A stretch of 64,000 nucleotides of DNA from the human T2T-CHM13v2.0 reference genome, Homo sapiens: the NCBI RefSeq assembly GCF_009914755.1, contig NC_060927.1. One strand, written 5' to 3'. The notes below the pieces were generated by a model. That model saw nothing but the letters and a program-made list of their open reading frames with translations, was not told the origin of the DNA and did no database searches. The position numbers and the translations under genes were made by a program. The first letter of the stretch is position 1. Each line of letters opens with the position of its first letter. Shown piece after piece: positions 11,606 through 26,060 of this stretch.

Positions 11606-13719
11606 TACAGGAATATGCTAAATACAGGTTAATTTTAACAATATATTAAATTTATATTGAATTTTAAAATGATCATAGGCTAAAAATGGCCTGTTACATT
11701 TGGTAAAGTTAAAAGTTATAAGATCTACTTTTAATTAATACATGTTTATGCAATAAAACCCTAAAAAAAGGAAAGCAAAGGAGTAGTGTAGTGAACACAA
11801 GGTTATAGAATGGTAATTACACTTGGTAGGGGAAGGAAGGGAATGAATTATTAGTTATTAGTATGGTTTTGCCTTATGGTCTGAATGGAGAGTTACTGGG
11901 TGCTATTATGTTATTTAAAATAATCAATTAAATGAAAACTAAATAAATGAGAGCAACACATGAACGTGCAAGGAAAGTATGCCATGAAGCAAGGGCTAAG
12001 TTCCATGCATATTAAATCCAGTTTTAAAATATATTAAAACATGCTAAACATATCGACTCTTGGATGTACCAGTGGAAGTAGTCCTGGAACTGCCAATTTG
12101 GAACTTCTGTTCTAAGAGAGGAACCCAGCCAGCAAGATGATTATGTGAGTGAGAAGTTGATGCATAAGACAAACAGAAGTTCAACAGAATGACTCAAAAA
12201 ATGTCACAAAGTAATGTCTGAATAATTACCAAATTAATATAGAGGCAGTTGGCACTAGATTATAAATTAGAAAAATTTCTAGTGGCTTAGAAAGATGCCT
12301 GAGTATAAAAACAGTCCTGGTGTACGAGGAGTTTATATATGAAACTTTACAAGGTTGAAATGTCTAGTTGAAGAATGAAGTCACTGGATATTGAAATAGA
12401 TAAGATGATTGATTAATAAATGGAAATCAATTAAAAATTTCTCTTTATTACCATACCTGTAAATATTTTTTAAAACTTTCTCAATGCATCAGACTGCTGT
12501 TAATAATATGAGAACAAATTGACAACATAGAGTTTGAACTTCTTGGATAGAATCAAGAAAAAAAATGTGAGAGAAGCCACTATTCTTTTTCTTCTGAACC
12601 GATCACAGCAACTTCTATTTCTCCTTTTTAGACTCAGTGCCATTTCGGTGATATTTGCTAATATCACTGTATTCTGCTCACTGTTCAATAGATCCATGAC
12701 ACAGATTAACTGCCCTGGTTGGATGCAGGATGTATTTTATATCTTCTGTTGTATTGAAAAGTCATTTTAAAATGTCACTCATTACTTCCGCTTAAAATGA
12801 TGGATTCATACAGTAGAAGACAAGATTAAATTGATTTAGAAGTCCTTATTTATAAGCTAATAACATCATGTTTCTAAAAATATGTTAGATTAAAATAAAA
12901 ATATGATTTATTTTTATTTTAGACCCATTATTGATTAAAGAATTTGACACGGTGATTAGTATATAGTAAGTACTCAATGAGTAGTCAGTGAACATATGAA
13001 TTCATGAGTATGTGCTTGGCCTTTAATTGATCCTCTTAACAAGCTGATACAAACCAAAAATCTTTATGGCTAAACAGAAATATATGTGTATGTGCTATTT
13101 TTAATAGGATATGTATATAAACACATATACATAGTATCTTCTATAATTCCTTATGCCCATTTTCAAGAAATATTGTTAGATAGGATGGAGGGATTAGTAA
13201 GGAAAGGAAGAAGAGGCTACTTAAAATAAAGTAATCCCATCACACATCTAGATTTTAATGCTTATTTTTTATGTTCTATATGGTAAGTACTTTGACATTT
13301 TTCTTACCTTGAATGCATTGCTTCTAAGAGCATTTGTCAATAGTATACAATCTCCAAAAAATACATTTTCACATGCAAGTAGGTTAAGATACTAATTTTA
13401 TGTACTTTCAAAGTTTGATCTTCAAGAAATCAAACAATAACCTAACAGTGATTTTGAGCTCTAAATGTTTCTAAGGAAGATTGACAAAATGAAAGCAAAA
13501 CAAAAAGAATATGATTTATTTCCAAAATAAGACAAAGTTTTATGAGACATAGTCTTTACTATTCAATTCAAATGTATTCTACTCTAGTATTTATTAGGGG
13601 AACATGTCAGTAAAAACTGATTTAAAACTTTATAGAACTATAACTTTCTTATCATTCTTGCATCTCCTAGCTAAAATGAATTTCAATTCCCTTTTTTCTG
13701 AGAATTTTGCAACAATTGT

Positions 13720-13910
13720 TGCCATTCATTAGCTGTGTGTCTTTAGAATATTCACTTAATTTTTCTGAGCCTGGATTTAATGATTTAAAATGTGGGCATA
13801 AATAACACTTATCTATGTCATAGGCATGTTGTATAGATTTAGTAAAATGATTCTTGAATAGGTCTTAAGATAATGCCTAACATTTAGAAAATTAATAACA
13901 CTTTATTATT
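13720..13910 (+). mobile_element. MIR SINE
   Basis: gccattcattagctgtgtgtcttt...cacttaatttttctgagcct...aaaatgtggg. Confidence 0.7.
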
Positions 13911-15269
13911 TCTGATATTTTGATTAGTTCCTTGTCAAGTTTTTATTTATCACTAACTGTACGTAGGTGAATCAACTGAAATGTTCAAGGCTGACAATTG
14001 GAAGAGTCTATATCAGCTCTTTTTATAGTTACGACGGAAATCTTTGGAAATCAGGATTGATAACAGTAGAACTGATAGAACTTAACTACCCCACAGCAGT
14101 AGTAGGAACCACTCTAATAAAGATAATTTATTTTACCAGATGCTCTCTTCTCTAACTTTATTTTCCCCTCCTTTATTTTTAGATTAAGTGGTACAAAAAT
14201 TAGCTAGGAATGTCCAACATATGTTAAATAGAACTCCTCTTGTGTGACAGAAATATATTTCCTCATCCTTATCTAGGCTGAAGCATTGGCCTTAATTTTT
14301 CAGTGCCATGCCTGCACAGGCTTTAGTTTTTATGCCATGTGATGCTGGCTGTTTTCACCCACATGGCTTTAATGGCACTACAAGTATTTAGGCGTGCAAA
14401 TTGCAGTAGCAAACATATTTTATAAACATTAAGGGAAGATTTTATGTAATTCATTAAAATACTAACCTATGAATATCAACTTACAGCCCCCAGTAATGTG
14501 AGTGAAGCTGTAAAAATGATCTCTCTCATTATGGATAATCCCCAATTTTAAAATGGCATATAAACAATTTCAAAACTCCCGGAAGTGCTCTAAATATTGT
14601 AAAATGGATGCGTCATACCAATTTATCTGATGCCTTACTCAATGAGGCTTTAAGTCTCAACCCAATCAAGTCACAAAAATTATTAATCTTTCAAATACAA
14701 CAAAAAGGTAGCCATCTTTTCTCTTTTTTCAGTATGTTTCCTTTTAAATTACAATTTTGTTAAATCTGATTTTGCTCGCATAACTTCTAGTGATGTTTGT
14801 CATATTTTATCTAACGCTGCATAGTTTACATGCACTTATACATTATCCGTAAGGTGTTATACTTTTCCACCTCATAGATGTACCCAGAAAATGCATCTTT
14901 CTTTATAATGTTCATTTTTACCCCAATTCGAAGGTTCCTAACAATACTAGGAAGAGACTAGGCTCTTCCAAGTATCAGGAATCTCTGACTTTCCAAATTC
15001 CTTAATCTCAAAATTGTCCTACAAAATAGCAGGTATCTATTAAAGGCAAGTAAACTGAGTTACAGAGTAATTTGCTTAAGAGTATATAGCCAATAAGGAG
15101 CAGCAATTGGATCAGAATCTAGATTTTCCAAACTTTGATAGACATATCTTTACTGCCTGGTTAACAAAGGACTGTTGACTATGCTGACATCTAAAATGGT
15201 CCTGGGATTGTGGACGGTCTCTTTCAAAATTAATTATATTTTGATTTTTGTACTTTCAAATTAAAAATG

Positions 15270-15480
15270 AAAGTAAGTAGAGAATGGTCAATGACTCAGT
15301 ACGTTGAAGTTAGATTTGGGTTCAAATTTTGTACAGCTGCTGGTTATCCCTATGACTTTGGAAAGTGATTTGATCAACTGGAGTTTACTCATTTTCCAAT
15401 GAGATTAAATGAGAGAACTACAGGGCTTAGTTACGCATAATGACTGATACTTAAGCACAATATATAATAGCCACTATTAT
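15270..15480 (+). mobile_element. MIR SINE
   Basis: gaagttagatttgggttcaaatt...tatgactttggaaagtgattt. Confidence 0.6.
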
Positions 15481-16444
15481 TGTAAAAATTGAAACATGGG
15501 AAAACAAGATTCGATCTCAGCTGTTATTTAGGTTCTATCCCTGGTTCTCCATGTCACTGACTTCTGCATTACCCTAAGCAAATCTTACCTCTAGATATTA
15601 TTTTTGTCATGTGTTACACAGATATATAAAACCACCGTTATAGAATCCACGTTAAGATAACTGATTCATGGAGAGGTCCTTCCATCCAGAGAATGTTGGG
15701 GTCATGGAGATAACTTTGGAATCCCGACCCAGAAATAAAAGGTACAAATGAGGCTGGGAAGAGGTGACAAGGGAGAGCGTGTTAGTTATCCAAAAGACTA
15801 TGTAGAGATAAAGGGAGCCTGGGGATACTCTTACATCCAGATGTCACAATAACAAAGACAAAGCTCTAGGGTTTAAAAGTTTGGACTATAATTTATCCTC
15901 TATCACTAATTTTCTGGGTAGCCTCAAAAAATGTCATTTAACTCCTCTGAGCTTTAATGCTTTATTTGCTCAATGAAGATGTTGAAGTACATGACATGTG
16001 ACTGTGGTCACCTCAAGCACTAAGGTTCTATATGTCTCTACATTAGATGAGGGCATCCCAAAATATATTCCATTTAACAGTTAAAAATGTTCCCATAGTG
16101 AATTGTGCATATGCCTTGTACCATCTAAAATTTCCTAGTAAAAACTCTGAGAATATTAAAACACTGGGAAGTCCATTACAACAAGAAAATTATTAACCAT
16201 TCAATTCCCAAATCCCATAGCCTCCATGGAATTTGTTTAATACACTTTTATAAATACTGAAATAGACAATATAAAAGCTTTGAAAAGTATGTTTAGGTCA
16301 AATATAAGATATTATTATTATCACCATTCTCATTGCTGTACACCACCACCATCAACACCACTCGTCATCAACATCACTATCATCTTACATTTATGAACAC
16401 AAGTTCTATATGCTGCATTGTGAATTGTGACATGTAAGTTTTTT

Positions 16445-16762
16445 TCTGGTTTTTCTTTTTTTTTTTTTTTTTTTTTTTTTTTGAGACAGTCTCGCTCTAT
16501 AGCCCAGGCTGTAATGCACTGGCATGATTTCAGCTCACTGCAACCTCCACCTTGCAGGTTCAAGGGATTCTCATATCTCAGCCTCCTGAGTAGCTGGGAT
16601 TACAAGTATGTGCCACCATGCCTGGCTAATATTTATATTTTTTGTAGAGACAGGATTTCACTATGTTGTCCCGGCTAGTCTCAAATTTCTGGCCTGAAGT
16701 GATCTGCCTGCCTTGGCCTTCCGAAGTGCTGGGAATACAGGCATGAGTCACCATGCCCGCCC
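16445..16762 (-). mobile_element. Alu (AluJb/AluSz-type)
   Basis: Poly-T then full antisense dimer; TSD acatgtaag(t/a)ttttt at about 16430 and 16764. Confidence 0.95.
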
Positions 16763-17459
16763 AACATGTAAGATTTTTAGAACTCATAGACTAAGATAGC
16801 ATTTGGAAACTGTATACATACTCACATACCACAAAGATGAATGTTGATCATGAATTTCAATATTAACTCAGTGCGAATGTAGAATTTAAATATTCTTAGA
16901 TAATGGCAATTGAAATAGAAGGCATATGAGCCATATTTCAGTTAAATTTCATTTCAGTTCTGAATGAGTTTTACTTATTCTATCTTCTCATTTCTTAGAA
17001 TAATTAATAAAATGATATATGAAAAAAGATTTCTATTCCGTGAATGGAAAGTATATACTGGAGTTGACAGTCTTATAATTTAATAATACATAGGGTTCAA
17101 AGCATTGTACATCCATTATTTTATTTTATATTTGTAACAGTCATTTAAAAGTTGGCGTGACAGATATTATTTTATTCATTTTATGCACAAGCACACTAAA
17201 AGTAAAAAAGGTTAAATGCCTTCTTCAAGGGTACAGATAATCTTGAATTTTCAATGATACTTAATATTTTTAACTTTATAGCCTATTTTGTTTTGCTATC
17301 ATTCCCTTCAATTACATTATGTCTGTAATAGGCATCTATCAAAAAAAAAAAAACTGGTTCATGTGAAAGAATGAAGATTTCAAATGAGAGTAGATCAATG
17401 TTTCTTGAGTTTATATATATAATATATATCACAGCACACAAAGAAAAATCACTGGGATA

Positions 17460-17780
<321 letters not shown>

Positions 17781-19199
17781 TTATGGCTGGTGAGGAATGG
17801 CCATGAGAGTGGCAAGAGGTCCATGTCTAACACACCTGAAACCTCTTTGCAACACACCATTGTGTTGCTGCCTATCAGCTGGAAAGCTCTGAAATCCATA
17901 AAAAGTTGATTGATTTAACCAAAGATTAGAAGGAAACTCTATCACTGTCATTTTCATAGAGCAGGTTTTATTTTGTATGGCCCATTAAAAAATGCCCTTT
18001 ATTTAACATACAATCTTAACAGACACTCAAGTCGAATACTCTATTTCAGGATCTGAACTAATCTGGCTTCAAAGAGAACAAAGAAATTCCATATGCAGGA
18101 AATAAATGTGCTCACCAGGAGTTTGTTTTGTTTTTTCTCTCTGTTAATGAAGGCCATGTCATTAGTAGTTATTTGTTGTTGATTTTTCATCTACTTTAGA
18201 AACCAGTCATTTTTCTCTCTTATTTTTATTTTTTATATTCAAAATTCATAAATTGTTTGAGCCATTGCCACTTACAACTGCTCAGGGATTTTTTAAGTGG
18301 AATGGGCAGCAAGCATTTTCTCTAAATTCTTCTCATGACCCTAATCACTTTCTTCTTATTCGTATTATATTTATTTGTATGTATTTCACCTCTTTATCTA
18401 GTGGAAGAATCTATGCCTGCTTCAGCGTCAGAGCTCTCAGAGAGCTTACTCTAATATCTTGCATGTAGCATCCTAACTCCATGACCCAAGCCATTCATTT
18501 TTGGAACACTTAATTTGGAATTAATTTCCAAAGCCTGTTTGTTGCAGGCTCTGAGAATTAAAACAAATAATAAGAAGAAGATATGGTTTTGTGAGTACCT
18601 AATGTAGTGATAAAAACTAAGGTTATATAACAATTTCAACATGTTGCAATAAATGTTAAGATTTAAAATTTTTTAAGCATAATGTATTCACTTGTGGTAG
18701 AGAAGGAGCTAGTGAGGAAACATCTCACCAAAGAATAAAATTCTGAAGTTATTCTTGAAGGATTCTTAGATGTTCAGCAAGTACATATGGGGTGATTTCA
18801 GGAGTAGGAAGAAGGAGGTTTCTAGCATGTGCCTACCTTCATGATCTAAAAGAGATATAAGAAAATCGAAGCATTTGGAATGATCTGGAGAGGAGATGTT
18901 ACATCCAAGTAGAATGCAAATTAGGAAATTGGTGGCCGTGTATTACATACTAAAGGTCATAGTATGGTTTTTCCTGTTGCACCCTTGACTTGTACAGATT
19001 ACATAACTGAATGTGAGCACTGCCTGACATTCTTCATGTTATATAGTAAAAGACCGTATGTAATCTCAATATTCTTCTCTATAATCTTCTAGAAAGGCAA
19101 TAATAATTGGTATTCTATCTCTAGCTAAGGCAGAGGACATAGAAAAAAAAAGTCAGTGGAATATGCTTTTTTCTTCGTGCATAGAACATGTATGGTTAA

Positions 19200-19580
19200 A
19201 TTAAAATAAAATTATTATAAAAGTAATACATGTCTTTTATTGAAATCTCAAATAATAGTAAGTTTAGTAGAGTAAAAATTGAATGCCTTCTTTTACCCAC
19301 AGCACATCATCCCATGATTCATCCTTTCAGAAGCTACCATTAGAGTTTTGTATGTGAATTTCCAGACCCACTTCTATGCATTTCTAAATGTACATGTTTC
19401 TTAACATGATAAATAAAATCTTTATATGTAATGTATTTTCTACAATTTGTTTCTCTTTCACTTAATTATTTGATGTAGACAACATCTTCTACATTATGCA
19501 TAGGTTTATCTCACTCTTTTTAACCACTTCAAAGTATCTCATAGCTTGGATTTTTTAGAATTTATTTTTAAATCCCCCTT
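19200..19580 (-). mobile_element. Ancient L1 (L1ME-type) 3' fragment
   Basis: attataaaagtaatacatg...cagaagctaccatt...ttccagac pattern. Confidence 0.55.
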
Positions 19581-20330
19581 GTCTTAAAATTTTGTGCCAA
19601 CCTATTAGACTGGCTAAATAGTTTCATTTCACATGGATATAGGAAAGCTGTTTCATGTGCCCAATCATTCTATGGACTTACATTGGGGTTGTCTATTCTA
19701 TAACACATGCTATTGTTAGAGTCTTTAAAACTGCTCCAAAACAAGAGTTTCTCCCTGGAATGACTACAGTATTACTATACAACTTACTTAGAAGCTAAAC
19801 TAGCTTCTTAACTTAGAAAGTGCTCTGGGAATATTTGCCTGGGACCCATCACTTTAAGATTTACCTCAATCAGAATTTCCCAACTAACTTCTGTAGAATA
19901 CTAGTACATCTTAATATGTGTTCAACCCAAAGAAATTCCTTTGTCACATAATAAAATTCTACCTTATTTTCCCTTATATACTCATGGTGCAGTGACTTAT
20001 ATTAAAGACCAGAAAGTTCCTGTAGTAAAGATATTTATTTATCTTTGTTTTTAAGAGGAGCGCTAAGCTCCCTTTTAAATAATAGCTATATTTTATTAAA
20101 TACTGCTATTCACAGTTTGAAAACCACTGATATAGATGCTTAAATACCTCACAAAATGTCCATTGACATTAAAAATAGCAAACATTGACAAACATCCAAA
20201 TATCACAAAAATATAGAGCTTGAAATAAAATCAGAAATGTAAGGTTGTTTTAAGGGTTAAATGAGATGATGTGAAGCAATTTACATGGCATCAAGTACAT
20301 AGCAAGTATTGAAAAAAAGTACTGACTTAT

Positions 20331-20681
<351 letters not shown>

Positions 20682-23600
20682 TCATCTCATAAATTCATTT
20701 ATTAATTTGACTCATAAAAAATATTTACCAGTGACCCACTTTGACTTCTTAAAGAGTTTGAATTTAACCCTATGGCATTAAGAAACAACTGGAGATCTCA
20801 CAACAAGATATGACGTGGTCATACTTGAGTTATAGAAAAATATCTCTTTCTCTCTCTCTCTCAGCAGTATGGAGATTTAATTGACAGAGGAGAGTTATGC
20901 TCCCAAAAGGTAAAGTTTAAACCTCAAAAAGATAGTTTCTTGGCCAAGTTATCACAACTTAAAAGCCTTGGAACTCAAACATAATTGACTTTGAATCCAG
21001 GCTTCACTGCTCACGACTCTACTGGCTATATTCCTGACTCTTGCTATAAGGAGGCCCAGCACTGTTATTTGACCCTCAATATATCTGTATCTGCAGAACA
21101 ATAGGCCTTGTTATGTTAGCCATTCACTCCAGTAAGCTAGTAGTCTGCAGCTTTCAAAGTTCTGTAAGTTATGTGCCAGGAATTACCTTAGAGCAAGGGA
21201 AATTCAAGTTCAACTTGAATAATACCTTTAGAGTCAACTGGGTAGCCTTGTGTGTGCCCTACAGTTGGTAATACATTGAGAGTTCAGGCCAAGCACATAT
21301 GCTCATTATTTCTGCTGCTTTGGACTGGTAACTAGTGACAGCATTTGAAAGAACAAAAGCAGCAAGTTCTGTCTGAGAGCCACTTGACCTTTTCAACTCT
21401 ACTTGACCTCCACTCTGTCCATAGGTCCTAAGTGGAATGAATGTTACTAGGAATATTATTGTCTACAGCAGCATTTTATTTTGAGATTACTGACCAGACA
21501 CATTTCCACCCAATAGGGTGACCTGTGCTTTGTGTAAAAATGCTGTGTGTAAAGCACAGGGCAACATTGTCACACTGGGTCCACATTTGTATTCTAGACA
21601 AGTTGGCAAGTATATGAAATTAATTAGCTAATGTAATCAGCAATTCTGGCTTGAGCTTCAAGTAGCCTTAGAAATTAGTTCTAAACTAGACTTCCAGCAC
21701 AGGAAAATAAGAAAAATAATATTTGCTCCATAGCTATGGGCATACAATTTCATTTGGAATAGATTCACTTCTGGATGCTTGAATATCCAGTTCTCATCAC
21801 TGAATTTTTTATCAAAAAATAAACAATAAGTTTTAACTTTCAAGTTCTTATACCTCCGGTAGCTTACACAATGAGAACTATATACCCATATATTAAAGCG
21901 TTCATCATTTAACTTACATAGGATTTTATGGGGACAAAATCGTAAACTAGAATATACTACCAGAACATATGTTTCTAATTTCTTTACTTTGTAGAGCTGA
22001 GCCTACATGAGCATATAAATATGAGAAACTGAACTCACTATTCTTGCACTTGTCATTTTCTTCTGTAAATCAAGCAGACTTTTCTGCCTCTAATTTACAC
22101 CCACGCTCTCCTCCATCTATTCTTTTACTTCATATATGTGGAAAATTTTTCCGTCTTTCCTAAGTAAAGACTTCTCTTTCTGCTCTTTGAAATTCCTTCT
22201 CCTTTGGACTGGCTTTCAGTCATACTGTCTTAACATACCCTGTAGAGTTTTTATAAAAATAGATAATAGGAAAAATGAGTAAACGTATTTCCCAAGCCCA
22301 ATCATATTGCCCATTTTCGATCTCTGTAAAAACATAGTAAGTTGTTCAATGCCATCCGCATCTCATTATTTTCCCCCGTATAGCAGATAACCTCTTTGAG
22401 ATCAACATTTTTTCACATAAAGTTTTAACCCATTTGGAAGACTGGTTTTCTGCATGTTATCTAAGAGGCTGAGCATGAAGGAAAGGCTTAATAACCATAA
22501 AATAAAAATGGCAGGGTCATACAAAGGAACTGTAACATTGCTGCACACTTTCTTGCTTTAACTGAAAGACAGGTTATGTCCTCTGCTAGCTGAAAATCCA
22601 CCAGGATCCCTTAGTCTTTTATTATCTTCTACCTAGAGGGGGAGATTATTTTTTTCCACCTCTCTGATGACATTTTCAAAATAATTCTTGTTCTGTAATA
22701 ACCTCTTCAGGGAGAAGGAAAAAATGCAGTTGACGCAGCCTCATGATCATCATGTGGCAAATTTGCCCTTCAGATTTAACAATGACGTTGTTTTTAAGCC
22801 AAAGCCCAGAGCTAGACCTCTCAAAGAAAAGATCATTTGCTCTGGTTTTTCCCTCACATGGAAAATCATTTCCTACCCTTGCTTAATTTATGGGTTTTTA
22901 ATTACAGAGAGAAGATGAATTTTTTTTTTCTCATTCTTAGATCCACTATACCTATCTATGCCGATGTTTTTGGTTGTCAGACATGTACAAAGTCAATTTG
23001 TTTCAGCAGCATGCTATTTGTTAATAAAAATAAAATGTAATAATAAATAAATTAATAAATAAAAATTTCCTCTTTAAAATGAGACAAGGAGAAAGCTTTT
23101 TTAAGATAGCAAGCATATGTGCAAATATCAGCTGATATATGAACATATCTTGGAACCACCAAGAAGAGGATGTCAAATGCTATCAGTTATGCATTTAGGT
23201 AGAAGACAAGTGAAATGTGAAACCATGGATGCTTAATTTAAGGTAAATTCACCTACCACGAGATTTCTGGCATAGACTCCAACTCATCAAGATTCATAAT
23301 TGAGAATCCCAAAGCAAAGAGCAGAGAGCCATTTGCATGCAGGTTTTGGAGATGAAAACCAGTGACAAAGGCAGAAAAATTAATGGCCACCAGAGTAGCA
23401 GAACATTGGGATTTGTTGCTGGTGAATTACAAAAGAGACAGCCGAGAGCCCATGCATCGTCTGTGGTTGTCAAAGATTTCTGCCTGGGAGTTCATCAATG
23501 TTGAGTCTGTAGTCAAGAGGCTGTTTTTGTTGTTGTTTTGTTTACCTTTTGTTTTGTTTACAATTCTGCCTTGGGGTTTCTTCCCTGGTTTGGAAACATT

Positions 23601-24038
23601 CCCTTCACAGTCCCCCATTCTCATAGAATTCTTTCTATCCTCTTGCTTCATAGAGTCATAAATACATATTTTTTTCTTCCAAGCAGTCATAGTGTATTAT
23701 CTTTCTGTGGAAGTCTCTTAGAATGATTACTCCCTTTCATATATTCCCGCTTCCATTACTGAAGCTCTTGCTTCCATGCCTCATACACTGGTGAATATCA
23801 TAGCCGGCACCCATTTAATCTATTCTGCCTATAGGTGCCATATTAATCTTCCTGTGAAACTGTAGTGGTCATGCTTTAAAGCTCAAGAATCTGCAGTTAT
23901 TTCTAAGGCTTCCTTCACTAATCAACACATCTGTTCAGCTTTTAGAACCTCTTATTAATATATCCTATGTACTTCAACTGCCTGCTCCTCCAGATACGTT
24001 GATGCATTTCAAGTCTTGTATATCATCATAAACCATTG

Positions 24039-24390
24039 TGCTGTGGTCTGAATTGTGTTCTCTCAAATATGTATGTTGAAGCCCTAACCTCCAGTGTGAC
24101 TCTATCTAGAGGTAGGGTCTTTAGGAGATAATTAAGATTAAATGGGGTCATAAGGGCGGGGCCTTACTCTAGTAGGATGGTGGCCTTTTAAGAAGGGGAA
24201 GAAAGAGAGATCCCTTTCTGTGAGAATGTTCCCATCTACAAGCCAGAAAGAGAGACCTCAGAAGGAACCAAATGTCCGGCATTTTAATCTTAAACTTCCC
24301 AGCCTCTAGAACTGTGTGAAAATAATTTTTGTTGTTTAAGCTACCCAGTCTATGGTGTTTGCTATGACAGCTCAAGCTGACTACTATACA
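24039..24390 (+). mobile_element. MLT1A/B-type MaLR solo LTR
   Basis: tgctgtggtctgaat...tatgttgaagccctaacc...cagcctctagaactgtg...tttaagctacccagtctatgg. Confidence 0.9.
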
Positions 24391-24464
24391 TTGTCACTGG
24401 TATCATTGTTACTGCTCTGTTAATAGCTACCATTTATTGAACATAAATCCACTGAATATTCCTC

Positions 24465-26060
24465 CATTCAAAGATATTTCTTGAGCACCTGTTTTGTACA
24501 AGCCTGATACTAATTTATGGGAATACATTGGCACTGATAAATAAAATCACCATAGTCCCTGTTCTATGGGAGAGATTAAAATGAAACAAATATATTATAG
24601 ATTATGTATATACACATATATGTGTATATATATAAGTATATATACATATGTACTTACTTATATACATATACTTATATATATACGTATATATACGTATACA
24701 CATATATACGTATATATACGTATACATATATACGTATATATACGTATACACATATACGTATATATATAAGTACATACTTATATATATGTATATGTGTATA
24801 TACATATATAAGTATACACTTATAGTATATACTTATATATTTATACGTATATGTGTATATACATATATTACACACGTATATAAAATATGTATGTATATTA
24901 TGAATGAGCTAAATGCTGGGATGAAGAAACACAGAATTTTATGGGAGCATGTAACAAAAGGACCAAATTTAGCACGGAGGTTCCTGGAATCTTTTCTGAG
25001 AAAGTTTAAGCTAACACTTGAAATTTGACTGTGAATTGACCAGGCAACATTAGAAGGGCCAGCAGATTGAAAGAGCCTGACTCAGGTGCAGGCTTGGGAC
25101 ACTTGAAGAATGTAAAAAATGCTAGTCTAGCTGCAGAATATTGAGAGTGCATGGAGAATGGCATGAGATGGAGTTGGAGGAATATTCAAGTGCCAGATTA
25201 TAAGGTAGCATTTTAGGCAAAGGTTGAGGTTTTTTATTTGTATTCTAAGAGCAATGAAAAGCCATTCTAAGAGCAATGAAAAGGCTTAAAGTTTAGATAT
25301 GATCTTAATAGATTTTCAGATTTGAAAAGACTTTTTGATGACTCTGTGTAGGATGATCTAGGTGAAGAAAAAGAAAGTAAGACTCATTTAATATTTTAGC
25401 CTATAGGCCATATTGGCTTACACTAGGTTGCAGCAGGGGAAGATAAAAAGTTGAGGTTTGATTTAAAATATATTTAAGAGGAAGTCATAAAAAGATTTCA
25501 TGATTGACTGTATATGAGCACAAGGAGGTGAAGATTATCAAAAATGATCCCTAGATGTGTGGGCTGAACAACTAGCCAGATGGTGGTGCTGTTTACAAAG
25601 CTAGAGGGAAGTAAAGGAGAAGGAGTTTAGGTGGGGGAGCTGTGTGATACAGGGAGTTCAGGTGTGGACATACTCTTCTTAGGATACTGGTAAGATGGTC
25701 AAATGGAGATACTGAATAGGCTGCTGCATATTCCAGTTCGGAACTCAAAGAGAGGTCAAAGTCTGAAATATTGCCTAGTGAGTTGGCAGAATATACATGC
25801 ACATGTCATGGTTGTACATGAGATTGTATACAGAGAAAGTATACGGTGATAAAAGAAGCAGATAAAACTTGGCACTGAGTCCCAAAAGAAACCAAGAGTA
25901 TTCAAGAGATAGGAAGAAAACTTTTAAGATTGTAGCATCCCAGGCCACAAGGAGTGAGGAATATTTCCAGAGAGTAGTCGTCGGTCACTTTGTCAGAAAC
26001 TACTATGCGGTTAAGTCATAAAAAGAAGAAAATAGCTGTTAACTTTAACAACACAGAGCT
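24465..26060 (-). mobile_element. L2 LINE, interrupted by a TA-rich repeat
   Basis: Antisense tail (cattcaaagatatttcttgagcacctg) and long purine-rich antisense L2 body. Confidence 0.7.
24603..24900. repeat. (TA)/(TATACG)-rich simple repeat
   Basis: Alternating purine-pyrimidine tract with recurring tatatacgtatata units. Confidence 0.95.

Noticed and set aside
23384-23401. tggccaccagagtagcag CTCF-like sequence
   Set aside because: Lacks the essential GGC of the core.
24566-25028. Six overlapping Tyr/Ile-rich ORFs
   Set aside because: Translations of the (TA)/(TACG) simple repeat.
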